DNA from: an uncultured Chitinophagaceae bacterium
GTDB taxonomy: Bacteria; Bacteroidota; Bacteroidia; Chitinophagales; CAIOSU01
DNA: 64,000 bases
Assembly: GCA_964543705.1 (NCBI GenBank)
Contig: CAZIZP010000005.1
Coordinates: 1,612 to 65,611, forward strand
Reading direction: 5' to 3'
Part shown: positions 27,056 to 37,131 of the stretch, piece by piece
Layout: each line of letters opens with the position of its first letter
Numbering within the stretch: position 1 is the stretch's first letter
Translations under genes and position numbers: made by a program
The notes under the pieces: model-generated
The model's input: only the letters and a program-made list of their open reading frames with translations
The model's database searches: none
Told to the model about the DNA's origin: nothing

Positions 27056-27858
27056 TGTTTTCTACAGCAGCAATTTTAATATTCTTACTTTCTGTTGCCC
27101 TCGTAGGGGTTTCCATTTTTTTGTTTTTAAGTAAACAGAATGCGCAGAAAATTATTGACAGTAATAAAGGCAATTCAGAAAGCAAATCGTTATTTATTAA
27201 GAAGTATGCAGAGGCCGATATTAAAGAACAAGCAGGCATTTATAGCAGGTTAGGTGGCGTTTTGGCGTTGTCGCTAACAATATTGGCTTTTAGTTACACT
27301 AAATATGATAGAAAAGTTATGGATTTAGGTCAGTCTATGGCTATTGAAGAAATTGAAGTAGAGGCACCTCAAACTCAACGAGAAATTACTCCACCACCAC
27401 CTCCTCCTCCTCCGGAAATTCAAGTGGTAGAAAATACTGAAGTTATTGAAGAAGAAGATAATATTGTTCAAGAGGAAGTAGATGAGAAAACTGAAATAGC
27501 TCCTCCGCCAGCAATTAAGGTTGAAGAAGAAGACGTAAAAGAAGAAGAGATTTTTCAGATTGTGGAAGAAATGCCTGAGTTCCCGGGTGGTCAGGAAGGT
27601 TTGTTGAAATTTCTTGCAGGTATTACCTATCCGCCTATTGCTCGCGAAAACGATATTGAAGGAACAGTTTACATTCGTTTTGTTATTGACAAAGCGGGTC
27701 AGGTTACCAATGTTGAAGTGGCAAGGGGTGCAGATAAAATTTTGAATGAAGCAGCCTTGAACCACGTTAAGAAAATGCCTTCATGGAAACCAGGTAAACA
27801 AAGAGGCAAGCCGGTTAAAGTGCAGTATGTTGTTCCTATTCGTTTCCGCTTAAGCTAA
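27055..27858 (+). CDS. tonB: Energy transducer TonB
   Basis: N-terminal anchor, Pro-rich spacer ITPPPPPPPPEIQ, Glu-rich linker, and C-terminal TonB domain EEMPEFPGGQEGLLKFL...GTVYIRFVIDKAGQV. TAATG start/stop overlap with vanZ. Confidence 0.85.
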   Translation: MFSTAAILIFLLSVALVGVSIFLFLSKQNAQKIIDSNKGNSESKSLFIKKYAEADIKEQAGIYSRLGGVLALSLTILAFSYTKYDRKVMDLGQSMAIEEIEVEAPQTQREITPPPPPPPPEIQVVENTEVIEEEDNIVQEEVDEKTEIAPPPAIKVEEEDVKEEEIFQIVEEMPEFPGGQEGLLKFLAGITYPPIARENDIEGTVYIRFVIDKAGQVTNVEVARGADKILNEAALNHVKKMPSWKPGKQRGKPVKVQYVVPIRFRLS

Positions 27859-27892
27859 ACAACAATTTTTTATTATTATAAATAACGCCTCA

Positions 27893-27900
27893 TATCTTTG
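27893..27900 (+). promoter_or_regulatory. Candidate -7 box (TAnnTTTG), embedded in a weak hairpin after tonB
   Basis: TATCTTTG, 19 nt upstream of ATG 27920. The same region (AACGCC...GGCGTTttt) could instead act as a weak tonB terminator. Confidence 0.35.
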
Positions 27901-27919
27901 TGGGGCGTTTTTCGTTTTT

Positions 27920-30076
27920 ATGATATGTTATTATTCATTTAAAAAATTTGCCTTTATAATTGCGTGTTTGCTATTCAGTAGCCATTGTATTGCATTATCA
28001 ATTTCAATAAACGCCCCGAAAAGTTTATCAGATACTTCCATTACTCGATTTACTATTACCGATGTTCAGCAATTATTAAAGCAAGCTTGTAATTGCGAGG
28101 TAATAATAAATAACAACAATGCTGAAATTATTTTTCAATTGCCCGACATTCCACTAAATACAGTTTGTGCACCAAACAATTTTCAGCAGCAAGCAACCGT
28201 GCCTTACTATTCTTATCCTGAACACGACTTCAAATGGAGCGCATCAGCTGTTTCAGATAAAATAATTTACACTTTAGAAGCAGGTTGCTGGCAAGGGGTT
28301 AGTTTTGCATTATATGCATTGTTGCAAGAACAATTAGGGTTTCGTTTTTACCATCCGCGAGAAACTATTATACCTCAGCTTCAGCAAAATAATTTTCCCG
28401 TATTTAATTCTTTTGAAGGTAACGCCTTGTTTGATAAAAAAGGATTTCATTTACATACTCAACACCCATTAGAGTTAACCGAACAATTGCACAATGGCAC
28501 TTTGCCTAATGCTTTAGAAGACATAAAGGAATATTTAAACTGGCTGGTTCGTAACGGACAAACCTATTTTGAGTTTTGTCTGCTTGAAAGCATTGATAGA
28601 AAAGTTTGGAATGAGCATGCTAAAGCAATAGTGGAATATGGGCATAGGCGAGGCCTGATTATGGGTATAGATTTATCGTTGCACATGATTCAGCAAAAAA
28701 GTTTTCAGCTATATAAAACACCTCCAAAATCTTTCAGAAATAAAAAGAAACAAATTGAAGAAAATTTATTGTGGCTGTTAGAAGGTGGCTGGGATATACT
28801 TAATGTAGAATTTGCTACTGCTGAATTTGTTGGAGGCAATAGAAAGAAAAAAGAACTGTTGCGCCTGCACATTATAGATTGGCTGAAACAAAACAGCCAT
28901 GCAAAACTTATGGGCAGAAAACATGTGGTGAAGGATGAAAATGAACGCTTAGCAAAAGAAACGCTTCAGATGGATAGTGCTCAAAATGCTTTAGATAAAG
29001 AGCGTGGTATTTTAATTCATACAGTTATGTTTTATGACATGACCGAGCCACAAGCGCCTGTGTATGAAAACAAGAACTTGCAACACATGTATGAGCAATT
29101 GCTAAAAGAAAAAGAAGTGCGCGAAACATGGTACTATCCCGAATCAGCTTACTGGATTACGTTTGACAATTCTATACCCATGTTTTTGCTGCCATACCTA
29201 AAGGCAAGATTAAGCGATATGGATACTTGTATTAAACACAAAATTCCCGGGCACATTACTTTCAGTTCGGGCTGGGAATGGGGCTATTGGCTTTTTGACT
29301 GGAGTATTGCCCGGTGGAGCTGGCAATATAAAGTAAATGGCAAAGTACAACCGCGACACCCTTTAGATGCAGTAGCATTGTTGTTTAATAATAATGAAAA
29401 CATTTTGTCATTAATGCAACAACAATTGAGCTTGCAACAGACTTACTTAAAAGATAGCAACTTAATACAATGGCTTACCGCCATGACTGTTACAGATGAA
29501 ATGCCGTTTGGGTTAAGTCAAAATTATCAACCACGACCGCCCTATTTTTATAAAGACATTTCTAATAATATTCCGGCTGAAATTGTAACCCAACTACAAC
29601 AACACACTTTGCCATTATTAAAAAGTTTTGCTGCTAGTACTTTTCAGCTTTGTGAAAACTTGAAACAATTTTCAGAAGAAAAACAGCAGCATATATTGAA
29701 TGAATGGATTGATGGATTAGAAATTACCGGACACAGAGCATTACACCGCTATAATACTTTAAGTTTTTTATTAGAAAGAAGAGAGGCAGCGATAAACAAA
29801 GAAAAGTATAGTAACACTTTCTTTATAGATGAAGCCGGAAAAGTAAGAAATAATGCACAACAAATTGTAAAACATAGAGAAACAAAATATCGTTATCCTG
29901 TCGACTTGTTGGGGAGAAAAAAATATAGCCATACTGCATATCAATATGGCTACTTGTATCCGGTAAGTAATTTGCACTTTTGGAATCGTGAAGAGCAACA
30001 AGCCCTTCAAAATAAGTGGCATTTCAGATTTATGAGTATTTGGGATGTATTTAAAATTGTGGGACTAAAGGAATAA
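27920..30076 (+). CDS. Hypothetical secreted protein (718 aa), function unknown
   Basis: Long ORF with an N-terminal signal-like hydrophobic segment. I can name no motif with confidence. Confidence 0.5.
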   Translation: MICYYSFKKFAFIIACLLFSSHCIALSISINAPKSLSDTSITRFTITDVQQLLKQACNCEVIINNNNAEIIFQLPDIPLNTVCAPNNFQQQATVPYYSYPEHDFKWSASAVSDKIIYTLEAGCWQGVSFALYALLQEQLGFRFYHPRETIIPQLQQNNFPVFNSFEGNALFDKKGFHLHTQHPLELTEQLHNGTLPNALEDIKEYLNWLVRNGQTYFEFCLLESIDRKVWNEHAKAIVEYGHRRGLIMGIDLSLHMIQQKSFQLYKTPPKSFRNKKKQIEENLLWLLEGGWDILNVEFATAEFVGGNRKKKELLRLHIIDWLKQNSHAKLMGRKHVVKDENERLAKETLQMDSAQNALDKERGILIHTVMFYDMTEPQAPVYENKNLQHMYEQLLKEKEVRETWYYPESAYWITFDNSIPMFLLPYLKARLSDMDTCIKHKIPGHITFSSGWEWGYWLFDWSIARWSWQYKVNGKVQPRHPLDAVALLFNNNENILSLMQQQLSLQQTYLKDSNLIQWLTAMTVTDEMPFGLSQNYQPRPPYFYKDISNNIPAEIVTQLQQHTLPLLKSFAASTFQLCENLKQFSEEKQQHILNEWIDGLEITGHRALHRYNTLSFLLERREAAINKEKYSNTFFIDEAGKVRNNAQQIVKHRETKYRYPVDLLGRKKYSHTAYQYGYLYPVSNLHFWNREEQQALQNKWHFRFMSIWDVFKIVGLKE

Positions 30077-30080
30077 GGAT

Positions 30081-30488
30081 TTATTCTTGCTCTCTATAAT
30101 CGCCCGGCTCATCTTCAGTAGCAGCAATACCCATGCTTTCTCTGGCACGGCTATTTTGTTCGCCTAATGTCCAACTATCGGTAGCAGTAGTTTGTAACCA
30201 GTAGTCGCCATTTTTACGAAACACCTGAGCAGAAATCTCAAATATATCTTGAAACTGTTGTTCCAATTCACTCACTTTAGTTAAACTATTCACTTCAATA
30301 ATTCCTTTTTTAGAATTTCCAGTTGCGCCTCCAATAGTAACATCATGTGCTATTTGATACTTAGGGTTTGTGCCCTCGCCTTCTTCATGCGGTTTAGAAT
30401 ACAGCTCAATTTTTAAAAAAGGGAAACGCTTTCCAAATTCTTCTTGTAACTCTTTTACAGTTGTGGCTTCAGTAATTTTTAGAATCAT
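30081..30488 (-). CDS. Hypothetical small acidic protein
   Basis: 135-aa ORF with two similar half-domains (TVKELQEEFGKRFPFLKIELY and KVSELEQQFQDIFEISAQVF). No recognised family. Confidence 0.4.
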   Translation of the reverse strand: MILKITEATTVKELQEEFGKRFPFLKIELYSKPHEEGEGTNPKYQIAHDVTIGGATGNSKKGIIEVNSLTKVSELEQQFQDIFEISAQVFRKNGDYWLQTTATDSWTLGEQNSRARESMGIAATEDEPGDYREQE

Positions 30489-30634
30489 AATTTTTTATTT
30501 GTCCCGAAGTTATAAGCACTTTATTGTTTTACCAATGACTTTTGTCAGTTATTAATTATTTTGGCTTTAATGAAAATTGCATAATACATTAATAAATAAA
30601 CATTATGTCATTAAGCTGAATTGCTTAGGATAGT

Positions 30635-31372
30635 TTACCCTAAAAATAAAGTTAACGCCACAGCAATAGCTGCGCCACAAAATGGCGCAACTATAGGAAT
30701 CCACGCATAGCTCCAGTTGCTGTCTCTCTTGCCTGTAATAGGCACCAAAGCATGAATAACTCGGGGACCCAAATCTCGGGCAGGATTTATGGCATAGCCA
30801 GTGGTTCCGCCTAATGACAAGCCAATAGCCAATACAATAAGTGTTACCGGCAATGCTCCTAATGAGCCCATTCCAACCTTTACCATTGTGCCGTCAGCAT
30901 TATTTATTTCAGGCTGTATAACATGCAACACAGCATATACCAACACAAAAGTGCCAACCACTTCGCTGAAAAAATTTAAAGCAGGATTTTTTATGGCAGG
31001 CGCAGTACAAAACACTGCCAGTTTCAAATCGGCATCGTTTGTTTCATTAAAATGCTGATAGTAAAATACCCACACTATTAATGCGCCAAGCGAAGCACCT
31101 GCAAGTTGTGCAGCTATAAATGTTGCTACGCTTTGCCACGGAAAAGAACCCGTTAAGGCCAAAGCAAGCGTAACCGCGGGGTTAAGGTGTGCCCCGCTGT
31201 AGGGTGCAGCTACCGTAACGCCAGCAAATACAGCCAATGCCCATCCAACAGTAATTACAATCCAGCCGCCACCATTACCTTTGGTTTTGCTTAATACAAC
31301 ATTAGCAACTACACTACATCCTAATAATACCAGCAGCATGGTGCCGGTTAATTCTGCAACAAATTCATTCAT
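30635..31372 (-). CDS. MIP-family channel (aquaporin / glycerol facilitator)
   Basis: Two NPA boxes (HLNPAVT, INPARDLGPR) and six TM helices. Start set at MNEFVAELTG rather than the upstream extension at 31417. Confidence 0.9.
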   Translation of the reverse strand: MNEFVAELTGTMLLVLLGCSVVANVVLSKTKGNGGGWIVITVGWALAVFAGVTVAAPYSGAHLNPAVTLALALTGSFPWQSVATFIAAQLAGASLGALIVWVFYYQHFNETNDADLKLAVFCTAPAIKNPALNFFSEVVGTFVLVYAVLHVIQPEINNADGTMVKVGMGSLGALPVTLIVLAIGLSLGGTTGYAINPARDLGPRVIHALVPITGKRDSNWSYAWIPIVAPFCGAAIAVALTLFLG

Positions 31373-31463
31373 GGTTATAATTTTCAGTGGCAATTTCGGA
31401 AAAAGAAGCGAAACCAAAACACGTAAGGGTTAAGTTTTTTAACTTCGCCCAAAACAATTCTTT

Positions 31464-31943
31464 ATGCCTTTTAAAACAGCCGATTTATCAGATACACATT
31501 CAGACCATTTAAAAGTAGCCGATAACATTTTTACAGCCTATGGAAAACGCAGTAAGTTTTATGGCGAAATAGTTACCGTAAAAGTTTTTGAAGACAATGT
31601 TCTGGTAAAAGCCGAACTTGAAAAAGAAGGTACCGGAAAAGTGTTGGTAGTAGATGGTGGCGGCTCACTGCGTTGCGCTTTAATGGGCGATAACGTGGCG
31701 GCACTAATAGAAAAAAACAATTGGAATGGCGTTTTAATTTATGGTGCTATTCGCGATTCTGCAGATATAAATGAAATGAACGTTGCCGTAAAAGCATTAG
31801 GCACACACCCTTTTAAAAGCATTAAAAAAGGACAGGGCGATATTAATATTCCCGTACATTTTGCAGGTATAGTATTTAATCCGGGCGAGTTTATTTACAG
31901 CGATGAAGATGGTATTATTGTTTCTGAAAAGAAACTGATTTAA
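31464..31943 (+). CDS. rraA: RraA-family protein (RNase E regulator / HMG-aldolase fold)
   Basis: 159 aa. Motifs VLVVDGGGSLRCALMGDN and GAIRD. Confidence 0.8.
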   Translation: MPFKTADLSDTHSDHLKVADNIFTAYGKRSKFYGEIVTVKVFEDNVLVKAELEKEGTGKVLVVDGGGSLRCALMGDNVAALIEKNNWNGVLIYGAIRDSADINEMNVAVKALGTHPFKSIKKGQGDINIPVHFAGIVFNPGEFIYSDEDGIIVSEKKLI

Positions 31944-32022
31944 CACTATTTTTCTCGCAGATAGCGCAAATTTCGATGATTTATCTGCATCATTAGCAAG
32001 CTAAATAAAAAGTAATCTTTAA

Positions 32023-32622
32023 ATGCTAAAACCCTACCACACCAAAGGAAAGATTGAAGCAGGAACGGATGAAGCAGGGCGCGGCTGTTTGGCAGGGCCG
32101 GTGGTTGCTGCGGCAGTAATACTGCCTTCAGGCTATAAAAACAAAATACTCAACGATTCTAAACAGCTTTCTAAAAAAATTAGAAACGAATTGAGATTAG
32201 AAATAGAAAGCATAGCGGTAAGTTTTGGTGTGGCTATTATTCCGCCTGAAAAAATAGATGAAATAAATATTCTGAATGCTTCTATTTTAGGCATGCATGA
32301 GGCGTTGAAAAAACTTTCATTGCCACCAGAATTAATTTTGGTTGACGGAAATAGATTTAAGCCTTATACAAATATTCCGCACCATTGCATTATTAAAGGC
32401 GATGCCAAATATTTAAGTATTGCAGCAGCTTCTGTTTTAGCCAAAACTTATCGCGATGAATTAATGGAAAGCCTACACGAAAATTTTCCGCATTATAAAT
32501 GGAACGAAAATATGGGCTACCCCACTAAAGCACATCGAGAAGCCATTGCAAAACATGGTGCTTGTGTTCACCATCGAAAAACATTTAAACTATTGCCCGA
32601 AGAACAGTTGACTTTATTCTGA
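32023..32622 (+). CDS. rnhB: Ribonuclease HII
   Basis: Motifs [19 protein letters not shown] and DSKQLS, plus [16 protein letters not shown]. Confidence 0.9.
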   Translation: MLKPYHTKGKIEAGTDEAGRGCLAGPVVAAAVILPSGYKNKILNDSKQLSKKIRNELRLEIESIAVSFGVAIIPPEKIDEINILNASILGMHEALKKLSLPPELILVDGNRFKPYTNIPHHCIIKGDAKYLSIAAASVLAKTYRDELMESLHENFPHYKWNENMGYPTKAHREAIAKHGACVHHRKTFKLLPEEQLTLF

Positions 32623-33414
32623 AACAGGTGCCCCTTCTTCGTTTCTTTCAGCAACATGATATTGCTTTTCTTCTTCAGTGGTTAACCGAACCGAAAACTG
32701 ATTAATACCTTCGGTTTCTTCAATATGAATAAAAGCCAGTTGCACCAGTTCCAATAGTGCCAAAAAGCGAAAAATGGCATGAATACGGTCTTTACAATCG
32801 TCAAAAATTTCAGAAAATTTACTGGGCTTAGTTACGCTGAGATTTTTTTGTAGTGTAGTTTTTTCATCAGCAATGGTATATGCATATTTTACAACAATGT
32901 GCTGTGGTTTGTTTTGAGCCTCTTCAAAACGCTTTAATACTTTCTGAAAAGACTCCAGCAACTTAAACATGGTTAAAGAATGCAACTCGGCTTCTTTTTC
33001 GTGTTCTTTTTGAATTGCAATTGCATCGGCAGCACTGTTGCCTCTTCTAAACATTTTCTGGCGCTCTTGTTCCATCCACTGCAATTCTTCTATAACTCCT
33101 TTGTATTTGCGGTACTCAATAAGCTTGTCAACCAGTTCTTTTCTAGGGTCAATTTCTTTTCCGGTTTCATCTAGCTCTTTGCGTGGCAACAGCATTTTAG
33201 CTTTAATGCGCATTAACGTAGCCGCCACTAATAAAAACTCGCTTGCCAATTCAATATCTACATCATCCATCTGATGCAGGTATTCTACAAAATCATCGGT
33301 TACTTTGGCTATTGGAATATCGTAAATGTCCAACTCATCGCGTTCAATAAAAAACAGCAAAAGGTCAAAAGGTCCTTCAAATTGCGGAAGCGATATTTTA
33401 TATTGTTCTGACAA
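32614..33414 (-). CDS. scpA: Segregation and condensation protein A
   Basis: N-terminal [31 protein letters not shown] is typical of ScpA. Confidence 0.85.
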   Translation of the reverse strand: MSEQYKISLPQFEGPFDLLLFFIERDELDIYDIPIAKVTDDFVEYLHQMDDVDIELASEFLLVAATLMRIKAKMLLPRKELDETGKEIDPRKELVDKLIEYRKYKGVIEELQWMEQERQKMFRRGNSAADAIAIQKEHEKEAELHSLTMFKLLESFQKVLKRFEEAQNKPQHIVVKYAYTIADEKTTLQKNLSVTKPSKFSEIFDDCKDRIHAIFRFLALLELVQLAFIHIEETEGINQFSVRLTTEEEKQYHVAERNEEGAPVSE

Positions 33415-33432
33415 GCTATTTTAGGTTGTGAG

Positions 33433-33440
33433 CAAAGTTA
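33433..33440 (-). promoter_or_regulatory. Candidate -7 box (TAnnTTTG) for scpA
   Basis: Minus strand reads TAACTTTG, 18 nt upstream of the start at 33414. Confidence 0.4.
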
Positions 33441-33503
33441 GTTATTGAAAACAATTTTTGTACAAAAAGGAAAAATTTCTTTAAATTGCAGGAAAAATTT
33501 CCT

Positions 33504-33980
33504 ATGACATTAAAATCTGAAAAAGCATCATCTCCAGCAAAAAGAGTTGTGCTACAAAAGTCTAGAAAAACGAAGAAAAGAACCGTTTCATTTTCAGGAA
33601 TATTTGAAAATTTAATTAAAAGTGATTTGCTGGAGCGTGTGGATTTTTTAAAAAAGGGGCTTTCGCGTAACTACTATATTGACTTAAAAAACAATACACA
33701 GCTAGATAAAGAAACACTTGCTTATGCTATGAATGTTTCTACAAAAACACTAGATAAAAAACAAGTTTTCGATACACCTCTCGCTGAGCGTATGCTGCAA
33801 ATTGCAGAGCTATACGAAATTGGTTTTAACTATTTTGGACAAGATGATTTTCGGGAATGGATGAATACTCCGTTATATTCAATTGGCAATAGAAAACCAA
33901 TAGAGTTATTAGATGTAGCAGAAGGCATTACCTTAATTAAAGATGAAGTACAAAGAATTCAGCACGGTATAGCACTATGA
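33504..33980 (+). CDS. Xre/MbcA/ParS-type antitoxin (DUF2384 C-terminal toxin-binding domain)
   Basis: C-terminus FREWMNTPLYSIGNRKPIELLDVAEGITLIKDEVQRIQHGI. 4-nt overlap (ATGA) with the RES gene. ATG 33504 is preferred over TTG 33486. Confidence 0.75.
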   Translation: MTLKSEKASSPAKRVVLQKSRKTKKRTVSFSGIFENLIKSDLLERVDFLKKGLSRNYYIDLKNNTQLDKETLAYAMNVSTKTLDKKQVFDTPLAERMLQIAELYEIGFNYFGQDDFREWMNTPLYSIGNRKPIELLDVAEGITLIKDEVQRIQHGIAL

Positions 33981-34432
33981 TTATTTACAGAATTACTTCG
34001 GTTGCATATAAAGATATGACAGGCGAAGGTGCTCGCTTGCATGGTGGCAGGTGGAATGAAAAAGGTATCAGAGCAGTTTATGCATCACAATCAATTTCGT
34101 TGGCAATGTTAGAGCTATTGGTTAGAGATGCTAATTTTTTCAGGCATGGCAGATATTATAACTTTAGTATTATACATATTGAAATAGAGGATAAGAATGT
34201 TTTTACGCCAGAGGATTTGCCACAAAATTGGCGGTCGATACCCGCCTCACCTCAAGCAGCAATTTTTGGCAGTAAATTGTTGAGTGAAGGGGTATTGTGT
34301 TTTAAAGTGCCTTCTGTAATTGTGAAGTCTGAACATAACTTTGTAATCAATCCCACCTCAAAAGATTTTGATAAAAAGGTAAAAATTATTAAAACAGAAA
34401 AGATTGATATTGACGAAAGATTTACAAGGTAA
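33977..34432 (+). CDS. RES-domain toxin (NAD+-targeting family)
   Basis: 151 aa. GARLHGGRWNEKGIRAVYASQSISLAMLELLV carries the R..E..S signature region. Confidence 0.85.
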   Translation: MIIYRITSVAYKDMTGEGARLHGGRWNEKGIRAVYASQSISLAMLELLVRDANFFRHGRYYNFSIIHIEIEDKNVFTPEDLPQNWRSIPASPQAAIFGSKLLSEGVLCFKVPSVIVKSEHNFVINPTSKDFDKKVKIIKTEKIDIDERFTR

Positions 34433-35393
34433 CCTCAATATTAATTTTCATGCCACACTTAAAATGCCCTTCGGGGCAAGCCTCTTTACCATGAAGCCCA
34501 CAAGGGCGGCATTTCAGCATTTCTTCCGTTTGAACAATTAGGATCTTTTCAGAAAGCGGGCCAAAACCAAATTCAGGAATGGTAGAACAAAAAAATGCTG
34601 TTACCGGTGCATTCATAGCGCTGGTTAAATGCAGTGGTGCCGAATCGTTTACATAATTCATTACAGCTTGTTGCATTAATGCTGCCGATTGAAGTAATGA
34701 AATTTTTCCGCAGAGATTTTCGGCATTTTTATTTTTAGAAGCTACAATAATGCGTTGTGCTAAAGCATGGTCGGCAGGGCTGCCCAGTAAATAAATTTTA
34801 TAGGCTGAAGTAGTTTTATTTATTAGTTCAACCCATTTTTTTTCGGGCAGTTGCTTGGTAAACCAAACCGAAGCCGGAGCAAGGCATACAAAAGGTTTTT
34901 CGGTGAAAACTGAAACAGCATCATAATCGCTTCTAGAAGGATAAAGCTTGGGTTTATGTGGAACGTTATTGGTAAGTTTTTTTATAAGCTCGTGATTGCG
35001 CACTATTTCATGTTTACCATTTTCAATTTCGTGTGCATAGCTTTCAGAAAATATAAATGAAAACGGATTTTTTTTGAAGCCTATAGTTTTGGTTGCGCCA
35101 GAAAGCCCCGTGAACAAACCTGTTGCGCCAAAGCGTTGTAAATTAATAGCAATATCAAACTTTTCTTTTCTTACACTTTTTAGCAACTGCCACCAACTAT
35201 TATACTTTTTCGTTTTATCCCAAACCCACACTTGCTTTAAAAACGGATGGTTATTAAACAGCCCCTCGTTGCCCTTGCGCACCATAAAATGTATCTCGGC
35301 ATTGGGGTGGTGTTGATGCAATTTTTCTAAAATGCCCGTTGCCAAAATAGCATCGCCAATAAAAGCAGTTTGTATTACTAATATTTTTTTCAA
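34422..35393 (-). CDS. GT9 glycosyltransferase (LPS heptosyltransferase-like)
   Basis: Motifs ILVIQTAFIGDAILATG and NDSAPLHLTSAMNAPV are typical of the RfaF/WaaC family. Confidence 0.8.
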   Translation of the reverse strand: MKKILVIQTAFIGDAILATGILEKLHQHHPNAEIHFMVRKGNEGLFNNHPFLKQVWVWDKTKKYNSWWQLLKSVRKEKFDIAINLQRFGATGLFTGLSGATKTIGFKKNPFSFIFSESYAHEIENGKHEIVRNHELIKKLTNNVPHKPKLYPSRSDYDAVSVFTEKPFVCLAPASVWFTKQLPEKKWVELINKTTSAYKIYLLGSPADHALAQRIIVASKNKNAENLCGKISLLQSAALMQQAVMNYVNDSAPLHLTSAMNAPVTAFFCSTIPEFGFGPLSEKILIVQTEEMLKCRPCGLHGKEACPEGHFKCGMKINIEVTL

Positions 35394-35521
35394 GCCGAAA
35401 ATTATAACACCAAATATGTTTATTTATTGTGACTTGCCGAAACTATTTGCATCTTTGTGCCTTTGTTGCATAGAAATGCTTCAACCTAAAAAACACTTAG
35501 TATTTTTGGCAAGCACTGCGC

Positions 35522-36286
35522 ATGAAAAAAACTTATTTCATTTCCGATGTTCATTTAGGTTTTCCAAACGAAACTGAAAGTCGAGTGCGTGAAAAATTAT
35601 TACTGCAATGGTTTGATGAAATAACGCCTCACACAGAAGACATATATATTGTTGGCGACCTTTTCGATTTTTGGTTTGAATATGGCAAAGTAATTCCTAA
35701 AGGCTTTACCCGCATCTTAGGAAGATTAGCCGAGCTGGTTGATGATAATATTCCGGTTTACATTTTTACAGGCAACCACGATTTGTGGATGTTTGGCTAT
35801 TTTGAAAATGAGCTGGGTATTCCGGTATATCATCAGCCTGTTCAAAAAGAAATTCAGGGTAAAAAAATTTTTATTGGGCATGGCGATGGCTTAGGCCCGG
35901 GTGACCATGGTTATAAGTTTTTGAAAAAAATATTCACCAGTAAAATAAACCAAAAGTTGTTTAATTGGCTACACCCCGATATTGGGGTAAGTTTGGCACA
36001 CTATTGGTCGCAAAGCAGTAGGTTTGCCAGTGGCGAAATGGAGGAATATAAAGGCGATGAAAATGAGTGGCTGCTAATTTATGCCAAAGAACAAGAGGCT
36101 ATACAACATCACGACTTTTATATTTTCGGCCATAGGCATTTGCCTTTAGACATTCAAATAAATGAAACTAGCCGGTACATAAATCTGGGAGATTGGTTAA
36201 CTTACAACAGTTATGCAGTTTTTGATGGCACCATACTTCAACTTAAATCTTTCACAGGGCATCCTGATGTTCCGTTGGCTTTGTAA
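35522..36286 (+). CDS. lpxH: UDP-2,3-diacylglucosamine diphosphatase
   Basis: Metallophosphoesterase motifs ISDVHLG, VGDLFDFW, GNHD and GHGD, with LpxH-like size and spacing. Confidence 0.75.
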   Translation: MKKTYFISDVHLGFPNETESRVREKLLLQWFDEITPHTEDIYIVGDLFDFWFEYGKVIPKGFTRILGRLAELVDDNIPVYIFTGNHDLWMFGYFENELGIPVYHQPVQKEIQGKKIFIGHGDGLGPGDHGYKFLKKIFTSKINQKLFNWLHPDIGVSLAHYWSQSSRFASGEMEEYKGDENEWLLIYAKEQEAIQHHDFYIFGHRHLPLDIQINETSRYINLGDWLTYNSYAVFDGTILQLKSFTGHPDVPLAL

Positions 36287-37118
36287 AAAGTTATCGGTCC
36301 CGATAGCTATCGGGATCACTTACCAGTTATCAGTTTTGTTAACTGTAGCATTATTGTTTTTTGCTGAAAATAGTGTAGCACAACAATTCAGTTTAATCAA
36401 AGAAATTCCGATTAAAGGTCAGTATTTGAAAGTAGATAATTTAGGCAACAGCTATGTGGTAAATCATAAAAACGAGTTGCAAAAGTTTAAACCCGATGGC
36501 ACCCCATTGCAGTTTTTTAATGCAGTAACTTATGGAAAAATTGGCTCGGTAGATGTAAGCAACCCCATGAAGCCATTGGTTTATTTTCCCAGCTATAATA
36601 CCATTAGAATTTTAGATGTTACACTTTCTGACAAAGGCAAAATTGCTCTTATGGATATGGGCTTTGACCGTGTAAATGCTATGTGCCTTTCGCTCGATAA
36701 TCATATTTGGATTTATGATGAAATTACTTTCAGGCTAAAAAAAATAAACGAGCGTTTAGAAATTATTCAGCAAAGTGAAAATTTATCTACGCTGCTGCAA
36801 ATGCCCGTGAAGCCTGAATTTGTTTTGGAAAAAGATAATCTGCTAATGCTAAGCGATTCTAATATTGGCATACTGGTATTTGATATTTACGCTACCTACA
36901 ACAAAACCATTCCCATTAAAGGGCTGAAAGAGTTTCAGAAAATTAAAGACGTAATTTATTTTTTTAAAGAAGGTACTTTGCAAAGTTTTCATACCAAAAC
37001 ACTGCAATACAATACCATACCTTTGCCCGAAATTGACGAAGAAATTATTGATGTAAAAATTGAAAATAATTTGCTTTGTGTGTTAACGAAAAGCAGGTTA
37101 CTGTTATATAAATATTAG
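36267..37118 (+). CDS. Hypothetical secreted protein
   Basis: ORF with a signal-like N-terminus ending AENSVAQQ. Start moved to ATG 36267, which overlaps the lpxH end by 20 nt. Confidence 0.5.
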   Translation: MFRWLCKKLSVPIAIGITYQLSVLLTVALLFFAENSVAQQFSLIKEIPIKGQYLKVDNLGNSYVVNHKNELQKFKPDGTPLQFFNAVTYGKIGSVDVSNPMKPLVYFPSYNTIRILDVTLSDKGKIALMDMGFDRVNAMCLSLDNHIWIYDEITFRLKKINERLEIIQQSENLSTLLQMPVKPEFVLEKDNLLMLSDSNIGILVFDIYATYNKTIPIKGLKEFQKIKDVIYFFKEGTLQSFHTKTLQYNTIPLPEIDEEIIDVKIENNLLCVLTKSRLLLYKY

Positions 37119-37131
37119 TGAAGCAAAATAA

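Noticed and set aside
27325-27765. 146-aa minus-strand ORF opposite tonB, and the ccaccaccacctcctcctcctcc run at 27386-27412.
   Set aside because: It is a shadow ORF. The C-rich run is simply the TonB proline-rich spacer, not a phase-variable SSR or a repeat element.
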